From: the human T2T-CHM13v2.0 reference genome, Homo sapiens
DNA length: 64,000 bases
NCBI RefSeq assembly: GCF_009914755.1
Contig: NC_060927.1
Direction: 5' to 3' (one strand)
Positions 41,853-55,244 of this stretch are shown piece after piece. The notes beneath the pieces were generated by a model, which worked only from the letters and a program-made list of their open reading frames with translations, did no database searches and was not told the origin of the DNA. Numbering within the stretch: the first letter of the stretch is position 1; every line of letters starts with the position of its first letter. The position numbers were made by a program, and so were the translations under genes.

Positions 41853-42790
41853 TTATGTCGTCTCCATAGAATTTAAAATATGTTGATTCAGCCTTCTCAT
41901 TGCAAACTTCATATCTTTGTTCCTTAAAGTATAGATGGCAGGATTTAAGACAGGGGTGACAACAAAGTTCATGATGGCAAAAAATTTATCCAATGACTTA
42001 GTAGGGAAAGGCCACACGTAGAGAAACATGCATGGAGCAAAAAACAAAACCACTACGGTGATGTGAGCCTACGAAGTGAAGAATGCTTTGGATAAATCAT
42101 TTGAGGAATGTCGTTGGACAGTGACCAGAATAAAAATGTATGATACAATTAAGAAAAAGAAGGTGCCCATCGATATGAATCCACTGTTGGCAGTGACCAC
42201 AAATTCTAGCCCGTAAGTGTCCATGCATGCAAGTTTAATAACCCGAGGAAAATCACAATAAAAGCTCCCCACATTATTAGGGCCACAGAAGGTTAATTTA
42301 TGACAAAAACAAACTGAGACATAGCATGAATCACCCCAATGACCCAAGCTGCTGCTACCAAAAACATGCACATTTTGGGATTCATAATAGTTGGATAGTG
42401 GAGAGGCTTGCAGATCGCAGTGTACCTATCATATTCCATGACTATCAGCAGCACCATTTCAACTCCTCCCGTAACATGGATAAAGAACTTTTGTATCGTA
42501 CAATTATGGAAGGAAATAACTTTACAATCAGTAAAAAGATCGTAGATCAACCTAGGAACTGTGGTAGATGAAAGGCTCAAGTCAATGAGCGATAGGTTGG
42601 CCAGCAGAATATACATGGGGGAGTGTAAGTGAGGATCAAAGATCACTGTGAACACAATGAAGAGGTTTCCCAGGATAATTCCCACATAGAATAAAGAGAA
42701 GAAGAGAAAAAGGAAAAACTGCATTTCCAAGGATTGTGCAAGTCCAAGTAATACAAATTCTGTTACCAGAGAGTCATTTACTTGGTCCAC
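41853..42790 (-). pseudogene. OR4G-type olfactory receptor pseudogene (OR4G1P/OR4G6P/OR4G11P paralog group)
   Basis: Three ORF pieces join into a full OR ([49 protein letters not shown]). The start codon is GTG, with a frameshift near 42293 and a stop at 42069-42071. Confidence 0.93.
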
Positions 42791-43486
42791 TGAATCAGAT
42801 AGAAGGGAAGACTGTGAAGCAACCTGAAAGAAACGAAGGAATCAACTTAGTGTGACTGAAAATAATGCGTTAAGTGTTAATGATTTAAAATTTATTATTA
42901 ACAAATCTTTTATTTGATAGTAGATTATTTAAAAACTAGTGGGAACCCAGGGTATAAAAGGTTAATGTAATATGGACAAAGCTGTGCTCAGAGGCAGTCT
43001 ATTGCTTTAAATGTTCTCAATTGCTCAAATAGATGAACTTATTAGCATCTTAAGAAACTGGAAAAGAATGCATAAAAACTCAAAAAATTCAAGCCAAAAA
43101 AGGTAAAAAACAAAAATAAGGAAATATGAAATCCCAGAAAATGGCAAGATTGTATACCAATATATACAAATAAATGGTTTAAAAAATACAGAATCTTTAA
43201 AAATGCAATCAATAATAACATTAAATAAAAATTAGAATACAAATGCATAATTACGGTTAAGGCATCTCTGAAAGCTGTTTCCTACATGTGCCTATAATGA
43301 TCTACCCCAAACTAACACGTGAATCATACTTGAATTTGAAATGCTGTAGAGACAAAAGGTTGATATCTTCATAGTATAAAAAAGAATTTAAACAGTTTCA
43401 CAAAATCTCCAAGACCTAATAAATGAACAAATGAAATGAAGGAAGAATTAAAATGTAAGCTATACGTGTATTTGTATATACAGATA

Positions 43487-43515
43487 TGTGTGTGTGTGTG
43501 TGTGTGTATGTGTGT
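43487..43515. repeat. (GT)n microsatellite
   Basis: Directly visible. Confidence 0.9.
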
Positions 43516-43586
43516 CTTAGAAATCAAAGAAATATGATAAAATGTAATACTATTATGTTTCTGTTACATTAGGAAAAAGTTTTACA

Positions 43587-43890
<304 letters not shown>

Positions 43891-45060
43891 TTACAATTTT
43901 TATTACCCAAACTGGCTAAGGATCAGAGAAATTGGCACTTTTATACGCTGCTGGAGGGAATATAGACTGATTCAAACCTTAAAGAAAATATTTTGAAATC
44001 ATGTATCAAGAATGTTAAGTCCATGCCTTTTGGTGCAATAATACTCTTGGAATTCTATTTTTACAGAAGTTTTCAGCATAAAAATATTCATCATACTTTG
44101 TTGACAGTGATAAAATCTTGAAACGATTTAAATACCAAACATTAGGTTTAAGTATAGTGTATGTACATGACGGACTGTAATAACAGTTATTAAAATAAAT
44201 ATCAATAGAAGCATTTATAATAACAATGGAAAGACTTTTCTTAAAAATACTAAGAGTAATAATGGTAAAGAAATTGCATAGTACAACATGTTAATTAACA
44301 GTAGTTGCTTTTGATTTTTAAAAGAGCTTTACAAAGCTCTAAAGCTCTCTTTCTAGATTTTGAAATATCTTTTTGTATACATATTATATTTTTTTTTACA
44401 AAACATCAAATGGCATAGAAAGTTGAAGGAATAAATGGTTTATTAAGAATTTTGAAAACTAGGATTGACTCATAGGAGACTAAACCAACTAAAGAAATGA
44501 AGAACTCTACTACTTCCCTCATTTAATCAATCATTTTTATAATGACTAGAATTTTTTCATAGATGGGATTCTCAAGGAGGTATAGTTAAGTAAGTGAAGG
44601 GTCTTGATTAAACGTCTTGAACTTTGCATAATGCTACCATGAAATGGAAACCTTTTGAGACATTCCATCCAGGCAGTTGACAAAGCATCTTGCCTGCCTC
44701 ACTTTGACCAGAGCTGGCCATACTGAACGAATTCTGGTAATCATTAAATAATTATAAGAAAAATTAATGCTCAGGTGCTCTCATCAAGTTCAGAGTGAGT
44801 GAGGTTAGTAATGATGAAGTGGGAAATATTAAGAGATACACAATAAATGGTCAAAGAAATGCAATATAGTACAATGGGATAAGAAGAGATAATATTTTGG
44901 GAAGAATACAGCAGATGGAAACAAATAGATTTGATTTCTATCTCCACAATATGCATGCATTTTTTTAAACTCTCAGTGAATTTGTGCATGGCTTTCTACC
45001 TTCTCTCATCTAGATATTCTCCTAAATGCTTTTTCCAGCATTTTCTGAATGAAATACATA

Positions 45061-45370
45061 TGGATGGTCCCTGGCTTGTGATAGTTTGACTTATAATTGT
45101 TTGACTTTACAATGGTGAGAAAGTGACATGCATTCAGAAGAAACTGTACTTGAGTATAGTAGTCAGTATATTACGTGAGCTATTCAATATTTTATTATAA
45201 AATAGGCTTTGTATTAGGTGATCTTATATAAGCTAATGAAAGTGTTCTGAGCACATTTAAGGTAGGCTAGGCCAAACTATGATGTGAGGTACATTAGGAA
45301 TATTAAATGCATTTTTGACTTATGATGGATTTATCAGGACATAACCCTATTATAAGTCAGAGAGCATCTG
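45061..45370 (-). mobile_element. MER47-like non-autonomous Tigger
   Basis: Ends ...ataagtcagagagcatctg|ta; homologous to the reverse complement of the element at 23769. Confidence 0.85.
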
Positions 45371-46892
45371 TACATTTTTAACTATGTTTTACTATTTTCA
45401 CTTCATTCATAGTGCTATCCCTGGACTTCTTACCCATATTTAGATCACCCAGATCATAGGGGCTTAAGAACAAAGGATTTTGGGAGAGGAATTGAACCCG
45501 GGAAACATTATAGAGTAAATAAGATTATCCCTGGGAGGTTTCATGGAAATGTCCTTTATGCTGCTGAGCAGAAGGTGTTTGGTGACTTGCTAAGCTCAAC
45601 ACCAATTCATAAATAGTTATTTATAAAGAAATGAAGTTGAAGCTGAAGAATCATGTTTACTGCTTAGGATCAAGTGTTTTATCCTGTTAAAACTAAGATA
45701 CAATATATAAACCAAGCACTCTAGGACTCTCATCATGAAAGTGATATTTCATCTTATAAGAGCAATTCCAAAACAAAAGCAATTAATGTCTGAATTACTT
45801 TGTCATATTTGGAGATTCCTATTACTACTGAAATTCATATTGCTACTGAAATGGTGTTTGTCTTGGAGTGTGAGTGATAATTAATTTTCTTAAAGAGGAA
45901 AATCCCAAACTACATGAACCTATTAGTCTAAAGACTGAAAAATTCTCTTTATAACATGAACATTTGCCATTTTAAAATAAAACAATCGCAATCCAAAATA
46001 TGAAACTATGGGCGTTCAATATCAGTGTGAAGGAGGCAGAGTCCATAGAATGTTTAAAGAGAGTAAAAAGGAAAGGGAAGAACAAAGATGAATTGGAAAG
46101 AAATTTGGAGAATAAAAGAAGGGTCAGGGGAAGGAATAAGAAAGAATCCTAAAGAAAAAACAGGATAAAATGATGATCAAAAGAAGCATTGGTGGAACAT
46201 GGTACATCTTTACTTAGGTTACCTTCAGGCTTAAAGCAATATACATTGATGCATTATGAACACCTGAGAGAGTAGATTTTACTTGAGTTTTCATACACTG
46301 TTTATGTATATTGTCACTGCAAACATGGAAAGTAAAAGAAAAGCTGTAGGAAATAGTCACTGATATGTGGAGAAAAGTTAAGAGTTTAAGCTTGTGAGTG
46401 AATAAGTGTGATAATGAGGTATGGTGTGATTGAATGTATAGTTGGATATCACTGGCAGTGGTTCAGCTAACCAACAGGTGAGTTCTCTTCTAAAAGAATT
46501 AGGGAATAAGTGATCAAAATATGCTTTAGCCTCCAGGCAGTATTTTACTTATTCTAATATTTGTAGCTTTTCATAAATGTAAAATTAAAGTCCATGAGTG
46601 CAGGGAAACTTTTTGCATTGTTCAGTGCATAATTACTTGCCTAAAACAGTGCCTGTCTCATAGAAAAAGCTCAAGAAATACTTGATGAATGAACTTTCTA
46701 AAAACAGCATAATAAATTGTCAATATGAGAAATAAAATATTAGCCCCCACAAAAATAGAGAGAAATTGCATTTTAAAGTACTCCTTCACAAGCTTGTACT
46801 TGTTGATGAAAACTCAGTTGCATAAAAAAGGGAGTATTTAAATAAGTGAAGAAAGTCCTACCCATTCTGTTACAAACATTTGGAATTATTAC

Positions 46893-47049
46893 ATTTTATT
46901 GTTGAAGAAATCCTGATGACCCAAAGGAGCTTGTCTAGAGGAAAAGACCATGTGTTTGATTTCTCTGCCTTCTTAGGAAACACTGATGACTTTGGAAAGC
47001 TTCTAGGAGTTCTTCAGAAGCCAAGTTTCCATAGAGTTTGTCATCTTTC
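46893..47049 (-). other. Putative non-coding exon 2 of the first OR4G pseudogene
   Basis: Acceptor ccaatAG (47051-47050) and donor GTaata (46892-46891); downstream acceptor tttcAG at 42825-42824. Spacing matches my recollection of the OR4G11P transcript. Confidence 0.55.
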
Positions 47050-48089
47050 CTATTGGAGATTTAAAATTTGTCAGTCATTTAGGGTCTGGGACACATATCT
47101 TCAAACAGGAAATGCAGACTTATATTAAACAAAAAGGATGTTCAGAATTATAGTTTTGTATAGAAGTGGGAAAGAACTTTGAGATTCTACAGGTAGAATG
47201 AGAAACAACACAGTGTGGTTAAATGGCTAACAATACATTCAAGAAGTCAGAATCAGAAGGCAGACCTCCTAAATTCCAGTTTAATGATCTTTCTCAATAG
47301 TGGTCTATGCTTTCTTGGTAGAAACAGTCTTTAAAAAAATCTAGAAGCATATATGTTTGACAGGATCACTCTAACCTATTGGAAGAACCCTCTTATTCCT
47401 TGAGTTCTTATTTTGTTTAAAATAAAATTAGCATTCACTTCCTAAAATATTATTTCTTCTTTTTCACTGGGCATTGCTCTTCCCAATTCCCTTTCTTATT
47501 TCTTCAACCTGGAACAGTTCCATTTCAGAATTCATAGCCATCAGCTCCTCTGTACCCTCCCCTGGGATGAGGCCAAATCTTTCTGAATCTGAGATAGCCT
47601 CTCAGCCTATGCATTGGCTGGAGTGTTCCAATGTGGAGGAAGGTAATACCAAAAGAGAGAGAATCACACCAGACTGTGGGAGGTAAAGACTTGAGATTCC
47701 CTTCCTCTGGTTTAAAACTAAATCTGGTTTTCAAATAGGATGGAAATAGACGAGATCACACATCTCCTTTTCAGAGTGGAAAATGAAGTTTATAATGAAT
47801 TGGAGAGCATGAAAGTTAGAAAACTACACATCTTTAAAGAACTTCATACTAGGGACAAACTGAAATTATCATAGGGGTTTATATGTGGGATTAGTTTTAT
47901 AAGACATAATATAATTTAATGATTAAAATTTGAAAATAAGAGATAGTGTGGAAGAAAAAGATAAAATATTTCAGAAAGCAGAAGATTTTGGGCACAAATA
48001 TGTTACAGAAGAGAAGAAATTGAAAGGGAGTTTAGAAGGATAGAGAGAAGCAACCACGACAGGGAAGGTTTTGTAATTAAAAGCATCTC

Positions 48090-48370
48090 TTTTACCTGTC
48101 TTTTCAGTCATAGGATGTGCATTTTTAGGAGAAGGAGAAATTCAGATAGCTTAATCTTCATTTATGTAATACCCCAAAGACAAAGCTATATATAAGATTC
48201 TTCATATTGGAAAGGAAGCTAATTAGCTGCACAGGAGAGGGACCCACTGATGCTGCTGAGACAGACAATACCCAGCCCATTATTAGTTTCTCTTGGGGAC
48301 TAGATCTCTGAGTCACACAATTTCCCCTTGACAAAAGTATCAAAAGAATTGCCTGCTGATGAAATAGGGG
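48090..48370 (-). promoter_or_regulatory. Putative OR promoter and first exon, copy 1
   Basis: Donor cag|GTaaa at 48096/48095; TATATATA 48194-48187; palindrome AGCTAATTAGCT 48217-48228 (LHX2-type); O/E-like TCTCTTGGGG 48289-48298; TGAGTCA 48309-48315. Confidence 0.6.
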
Positions 48371-49879
48371 GAAGGAAGGAAGGATTTGAGGTACTACATT
48401 GGCTAGTAAAAAAGAATCCCCATTTAGCATGGGTAATCTTAGTGTGTGAATTGTTCGGAATGACTGAGATGAGGGAGTGAAAATATATTCAGGGTGGACA
48501 GACATACCTTCACTTATGGCACCATGAATGAAATTTGAAGAAATAAATATAAAACATCTGATCTTTAAATACAATGCCTGTAATTGATAACAGGTGAATA
48601 AATGGATCCTTCTCCTGTTATCAGTTATAGCAAATGTTTACCTCTGGATGCCAACCTGTGCTCCCAAAGTTTAGTGTGTTGGGGTTGAAGGTTTCTTTGA
48701 AAGTTTTTGACCTTTGTCCTTCCTGAATTGACTGGCTACAATTAAAATTTGTATTTTTTTTTGGATCAGTTTTTTCAGAGGTATTGGAAAAACATATACA
48801 AATATAAAAGAAAAAATAGAATCATTCTGAGTTTCTGTAACAAGAGTGTGTTTCCATGAGGGTGAGGTAATCATTCACAAAAGGACCTGTATTGAGCCAT
48901 TGAGACAAGCCTAGTGGATACCCCTGGAGAAGCTTGGCTTTATTATTGATGTAAAGACACAGAAAAATCTAATCTCCAGGTTATCATGGTGGCCTGAAAG
49001 TGCAAAGGCTCCACCTTGGTTTACAGTGGCATTTGTTTAGAGCTGTATTTCATTTTCTCTTGTTCAGAAATGAGGAAAATGATTTTCTCTAGAACAGCAG
49101 CAGAATAAGAAATGTTGGTTGATCCCAAATTAATTTTTGAAAAATAGTAACATTCCAAAAATACGTAAGCAAGATAAAAACTGCAGAATAATGTGGGCAG
49201 AAATATTTTTTAAAATTAGGATACACAGTCAGTTACATGGATTATTGTCTACCTAAGATGAGGTAAAACAGTGTAGGTGCTTAGGGAAACCACAACTACA
49301 GTGACGTGAGAGGAAAATCTGTTCTATTGCCCCCACAGAGGTCTCTTCTGCAACACAATGAGCAGTACGTAAGTCATTCTGATGTGCCAATGTGCTCCTG
49401 TCCTGTGTGCCATTGTTCTAAGTGGGAAACTGGGGTAGCAGGCCGAACAGCGTATTGAAATGAATGAGGGAGCATCTAGGCAGAAATAAGTTGCAGGGAG
49501 TTGGCCAGCCAGATACAGAACATGTTGTGATTTGAAGGCTGTTTCCTGAGGCATGAATCATGGGTTTTCTAGGCAGCAAAAGGCTTTTGGGCTAACAGAG
49601 AAGCTGGAGTTGTTAATGAAGAGTTCATGAGACCTAGTAGTACAAGAGAGGACTGAGAGTGATAATTTACAGGCTTCTTCACCTGAGATTGGCTCAAGAT
49701 TGGAATTGGCTTAAGCTGCAAAAGGAATTCATTAGTGGATTTCACCCCAGAGACTTGAGGTGATGCAGGCAGAGGAAATTAATTGAGAATAGAAAAGGAG
49801 ATTAAAAAGGAAGTTCTTTAGTCGTATGACCTGTGATTGAACGTAAGAAGAAAGCTGAAGCATCGTTCAATACATTAGT

Positions 49880-51290
49880 CATGTTGCAATAGTTTTACTC
49901 TTTGCTATATTTATGATGTGATAGAGGTGAACATGACAAAGTCCTGCTCATGTTGAACTTAAAATGCAATGAGGAAGACATCACTGAATGAAAAATTTTG
50001 AGGGCTGTTAGTCTTACAAAAGAGGTAATAGGTAGTGCTAGAGGAATATACAATGGAAGGAACTCTTCTGGACTCAGGTTCTGGGAGGCCTCCCTGGTAA
50101 AATGATGAAACTGAAAGCTGAGATGTTAAGAGGCAAAACATGAAGGACAAATATTGTATACAAAATGATTAGCTAGTGGAAAGCCCCAGAGTTGATAGAA
50201 TTTGAAGTTTCCAGGCAAGTAAAAGAAAACCAAATTGGATCTGGAGTTGCAGGGAAAGAGTATGTTATTCTCTGAGACTGAAAAAAAGGAAGGAAGCCAG
50301 GTCTTGGATGGCCTACTATACCATGATAACATACCAGTTTAAGGGCACAGAAGCATGTGAATTGTCTTTAGCAAAAGAATTACATACTTAGATTAAAAAT
50401 TTTTTTTCTTTTACTGAAGCGTAGATAATAGGATTTTAAGTGGGAAGATCGCATAGGTGACTATATTCTCTTCCAAAAATGACATAGGTAGGCTTAGACA
50501 GGAATAGTGGTGTTACAGATGAAAATAAAGGAACATATGTAAGGCTCTTTGGAAGGTAGAATAAGACTTGATGATTTATTGATTTTGGGGTACTATGGAG
50601 AAAGAAATCTATTATTTTCCCCAGATTTTGGGTTGTGCAACTAGGTAACTAGTTGGTACAAATTATTGTGACTGAGAACACTGAAAGAAGAGTAGGTTTG
50701 AAAAGAGGAAGGCTAGTTTAGTTGCAGACTTGTTGAGTGGAAGATCTTGTGTGGCATCCAGGAAAGTAGGAGGTTAGATCTGTGGATCAGGAACTCAAGA
50801 AATAGTACCAGGGTCAGGTGCAATGGCTTGTCCCTGTATTCTCAGCTACTTGGGAGGCTGAAGCAGACAGATTGCTTGAGGTCAGGAGTTTGAGACCAGC
50901 CTCAGCAACATAGTGAGACCCTGCCCCTTAAAAAAGAAAGAAAGAATGAAAGAAAGAAAAGGAAAGAAAAGGAGGAAGGAAGAAAGAAAGAAAGAAAGAA
51001 AAAATAGAAGGTTTGAGAGCCCCTAGTGTTTAGATGGTAATTAAAGCTGTGGGAATGGGTGATACGTAGGGATAGAATCTAAGTGAAAACAGGCCAAAGA
51101 TCAAATTAGGGGCAATAGGTTGATTGGTGGTTAAGCAGATGAGGAACACTCAACAAAAGACACAGGGAAGGACTTGCCCAGGAGGTAGGAGAAAAAGCCA
51201 GGAAGCTGTGGTGTTCCAGAAGCCCGGTAGAGTATATGAAGATGGGGGAGATTAGCAGCAATTAAGAGAAGAAATTCCCATTCATATGAG
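49880..51290 (-). mobile_element. L2 fragments
   Basis: L2-like purine-rich motifs (ggaaggtagaataagacttgatgatt, tttagttgcagacttgttgag, agctgtgggaatgggtga). Confidence 0.6.
50812..51005 (+). mobile_element. FLAM/AluJ monomer with a (GAAA)-type tail
   Basis: ttgcttgaggtcaggagtttgagaccagcctcagcaacatagtgagaccctg followed by a purine tail. Confidence 0.85.
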
Positions 51291-52348
51291 TGATAAAGCA
51301 ATTAAGTAGAATAACTTAGAAAGGTTCTTGGAGAGTCACAGGACAAAATAGCATAGGTACGGTTTCTCTTAATTGAGCTGTTATAATTTACAAAGCAGTA
51401 GAAACAAATACATGAAAAAAGTATGTGTAACTTCAATAGAGTTTTTATTTTGAATGCAGAAATCTTCAATGAAATTGAATATGCCTCACCATTTCTAGCT
51501 TTATTCTTATCCCAAAATATCAACCACAGATGCATAGGCTCCAGGGAATCTTTTGCCTGACTAGAAAACCTTATTTAAGAAACCAGTACCTCTAAACACA
51601 TATCCTTGGGCGATTAGTCTCCTGTGAAACAACTGTTATTTCTACACATCTATTTAGAATAAACTTGGATGATTGACTTTTGGAATGTTCTCATTTTTAG
51701 AATAATAGAGATGTAGGAAAAAGTGAAAATGCTCTGTCTGTATCTATTTAAAGTCTCGACAGCATTAAAGAAATTTATTCTCTTCCTGCAATCACTCAAA
51801 TCTGAGCACAAAACTGAAATAGCATCGTAAACTGACAAAGCTCAAGGTAAAGTCAAATCTCAGTTCAGGGCTTTGCACACGTATTACATAGTTGTTTCTG
51901 TTTCTTATTCTAATTTAAACAGAAAGTAAAATGGAAATTTTAAAAATATACTTTATTAATTTATAATTTACCTAAGTTCACATTTTATTTATTCCATCTA
52001 TATGCTTACTATGAGATAAATTTATTATGTTTTGAAGCTGAAAGTAATTACAATTAGCATGTCTCAGAAAATGTCATTCAGGAAATAGTATTTGAATATC
52101 AAGTTTACTCCTGCAAATCAGCTTGGTTTTGTATTCTTATCTCTCTTCTCAATGGAAGTATATGAAATTAATCTCTTCTCTGTGGTGGCAAGTTAAAGAT
52201 ACCTCTGACTTAATCAATTTCTACATGGCACCTTTGCTAAACTATCTCCCAAAATAGTAGTTCTTATCACAATAATGCTGGTAGCCATGTGACTTTCAGT
52301 GTTCTTGGTGAGACTGAATCATCTTGCACTCTGGATATGCACCATTTA

Positions 52349-53263
52349 TTATGACATCCTGCTAGAACCTGCAATCCATTTTCCCAGTCTTTCCATGGAG
52401 ACGTTCATGTCTTTGTTTCTTAATGTGTAGATCCTAGACAGGGGTGATAGCAAAAGGAACAATGAACAAATATTAATCATGTGTTGTTTTAGGCAAAGGC
52501 TACACATAGAGAAATATACATGGCATAAAAAACAAAATCCCTACTGTGATGTGATCTAACATGACACAAATGCTTTAGATAAGTCTCCTGAAGAAGGATT
52601 CTAGACGGTTACCGAAATGAAAATATAGGATATTATTAATAAGAAACAGGTAGCTATGGATATAAGCCCACTGTTAGCAGTGACTACAACCTCTAGTTTG
52701 TAAGTATCTACACAAGCAAGTTTCATGACATAAGGAAAATCACAGTGAAAACTACCTACTCTATTAGGGCCACAAAAAGGCAAGTTTATGGCAAAAACAA
52801 ACTGAGATACAGCATGGATTATCCTGACTATCCAGGATGCCTCCAACAAAGGAAACACACATTTTGGGGTTCATTGTGGTCAGGTAATGGGGAGGCTTAC
52901 AGATTGGCAGTGTACCTGCTCTATGCCATGGTTATGAGCAGCACCATCTCAATTTTTACGCATGACACAAATGAAAAATATCTGTATCATGCATCTTGGA
53001 AAAGAAATGATGCTGCAGTTAGTGAAAAAGTCAGAACTGTAGGAGAAGACCCAGATCAAGAAGATAAATGTTGGCCAGTAGGCAGTACCTGGGGAATTTA
53101 AATGAGAGTCAATAATTACTGTGAACACAATGAAGAGATTTTCCAGGATAATTCCCATGTAGAACACAGAGAAGAACCAAAAAAGAAAAAGATGCATCTC
53201 CCAAGAGCTTGAAAGTCCAATCAATACAAATTTAGATACCGCAGAATTATTTACTCTATCCAT
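52349..53263 (-). pseudogene. OR4G-type olfactory receptor pseudogene (OR4G2P/OR4G3P/OR4G4P paralog group)
   Basis: MDRVNNSAVSKFVLIGLS..., LPFCGPNRVGSFHCDFPYVMKLAC and ...KDMNVSMERLGKWIAGSSRMS* lie in different frames, with several frameshifts and stops. Confidence 0.9.
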
Positions 53264-53472
53264 TGGCCATTGACTCAGTCAGTAGAGAAGAAGCTTTAGT
53301 ATTCTGAAGGAAGAAAGTGAGGAAGAATTGAGAAATACAAATGCTACACGTTGAAGTGTTGTTTGACCATAAATGATTTTGTGGGAAATATGTGGCAAGT
53401 GCTGAAATATGAAGACAGAAAACACACAAAGAGAGAAAATGAAAGAAAGATAAATGAATTGGGGAAATGCGG

Positions 53473-53582
53473 TGATCATAAGTTATTTATTAATTTATTA
53501 ATAAATCATGTGATGATAAGTTATTAATTATTAATAACAATTAGATCATAAGTTATTTATTAATTATTAATAACAATTAGAC
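53473..53582. repeat. Imperfect tandem repeat, about 3 x 37 bp, AT-rich
   Basis: gat(c/g)ataagttatt(tatt)aattattaataa recurs three times. Confidence 0.85.
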
Positions 53583-53839
53583 AAGAACAGCAAAGAAAAA
53601 AATCATGTGGGAAAATGGCAGGTGGAGTGAAGGATTAGAGGGGCAAAGAATATAATTTCCGTAACGGAGTGCTTCTTTACCATGCGCATCGTGCAGTAAT
53701 TACGGCTGCTTCAGTCTTACTCACCCATGTTCAACACAACGTCGTCCACGTAAGAAACAGTCACCGTGTTTGAAATGTTAATCGCCTTAATTGTATTTAT
53801 CTGCATGTACCCTTAGGGGATGTACTCTCTGATCAATCT

Positions 53840-54134
53840 TCTTTTTTTTTTTTTGAGGCGGAGTCTCGCTGGGTCGCCCAGGCTGGAGTGCGGTGGCGCC
53901 ATCTCGGCTCACCGCAAGCTCCGCCTCCCGGTTCCCGCCATGCTCCCGCCTCGGCCTCCCCAGCAGCTGGGACCGCAGGCGCCCGCCACCGCGCCCGGCT
54001 AACTTTTTGTATTTTTAGTGGAGACGGGGTTTCCCCGTGTTAGCCGGGATGGTCTCGATCTCCTGACCTCGTGATCCGCCCGCCTCGGCCTCCCAAAGTG
54101 CTGGGATGACAGGCGCGAGCCCCCGCGCCCGGCC
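53840..54134 (-). mobile_element. AluY, unusually GC- and CpG-rich
   Basis: Y diagnostics gcaagctccgcctccc and gtgttagcc.ggatggtctcgatctcctgacctcgtg; TSD tctgatc(a/c)atct at 53828-53839 and 54135-54146. Confidence 0.97.
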
Positions 54135-55200
54135 TCTGATCCATCTCTTACTTCACACAGTCTCAGGCATTAATCACACACTAAGAGTGACTGGCCAATG
54201 AGGGAAAGAGCAATTAATCCCAGAGGTACAGTAGCATAAAATGCAAAGACTTACTCTTCTGCTGGTTTTCCAATACGTGTGATTCCAGCCAATCACTTGT
54301 TGACTTGTTGGAGGATTAAGACTCACTTTAAATAAAGTGAAACTCAACCCCCACAAAAAAGAGTATCTGAAACTCAGAGAGAGGGCTTTTCCATGCTTTG
54401 TTAGGAATCAGAGTTGGTGCTTTTGAGAGTTCTGCTCTAGGATTAATACCTTTGACAATTTGAATATGAAGTTGGGAAATAATGGTGTCTTTACTAAAAC
54501 AAAATATTTAATCATGATACACTAAAAGCACGTAAAAACTACAGGCCCACAGAGCCACAGAGATAAAGGTCACGATAGCTGGTCATCAAATATTTGAACT
54601 TTGTCCCATTAAGATATTTTTAAAGGTCAGTAAAATTGATACCAACTACACTTTAGAGAGAACATCTGTTATTATCACTACTTGTAAGTAGAAAGTTTGA
54701 AGATATCTATCCATAACATATTTGGATCCATTCATTATGTGATGTAAAGTGAAAAATTAGAAGTACATTTAAGAGTGACATATGAGAAAATCATTAAATA
54801 ATGCAGAAAGGGGTAATTAAGATTCATACCAAAATGAACGTAGCCATTATAGACGATACAGATTTAGGTTTGTTGACAAGTCCAGTAAATTGTTAATGAC
54901 AAAAGTTGGTTACAAAAGGATATGTCTTATGTAATATACTCTTTATTTGAATACACTGTAAAATATGTAAGTATATACATCAGCATCTCTAGAGAACCAC
55001 TTTGGATAATGGCATTTTAGGTAACCTTAATATTAAAAAGGTTGACCATCTATATTTTGTTATTTTCTATATTGTTATTTTTCTTTTATGAGAAGGAAAT
55101 GAAAGGAAAGCAATAGGAGAGAAAGAAGAGCAAGGAAAGGAAAGGAAAAAGAAAAGAATACTGTGAGATTTATGGAGGGAGTGAAATTTTCTCTCTCTCC

Positions 55201-55205
<5 letters not shown>

Positions 55206-55243
<38 letters not shown>
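55206..55243. repeat. (AC)n microsatellite
   Basis: Directly visible. Confidence 0.97.

Positions 55244-55244
<1 letters not shown>

Noticed and set aside
42293-42790. Functional truncated 165-aa receptor
   Set aside because: GTG start, an altered MAYDRY motif (MEYDRY) and a frameshift after TM4 indicate a pseudogene.
53840-54134. ADAR or APOBEC editing as the cause of the Alu substitutions
   Set aside because: Changes include A>G, T>C, A>C and T>G on the same strand and no G>A or C>T, which fits neither enzyme.
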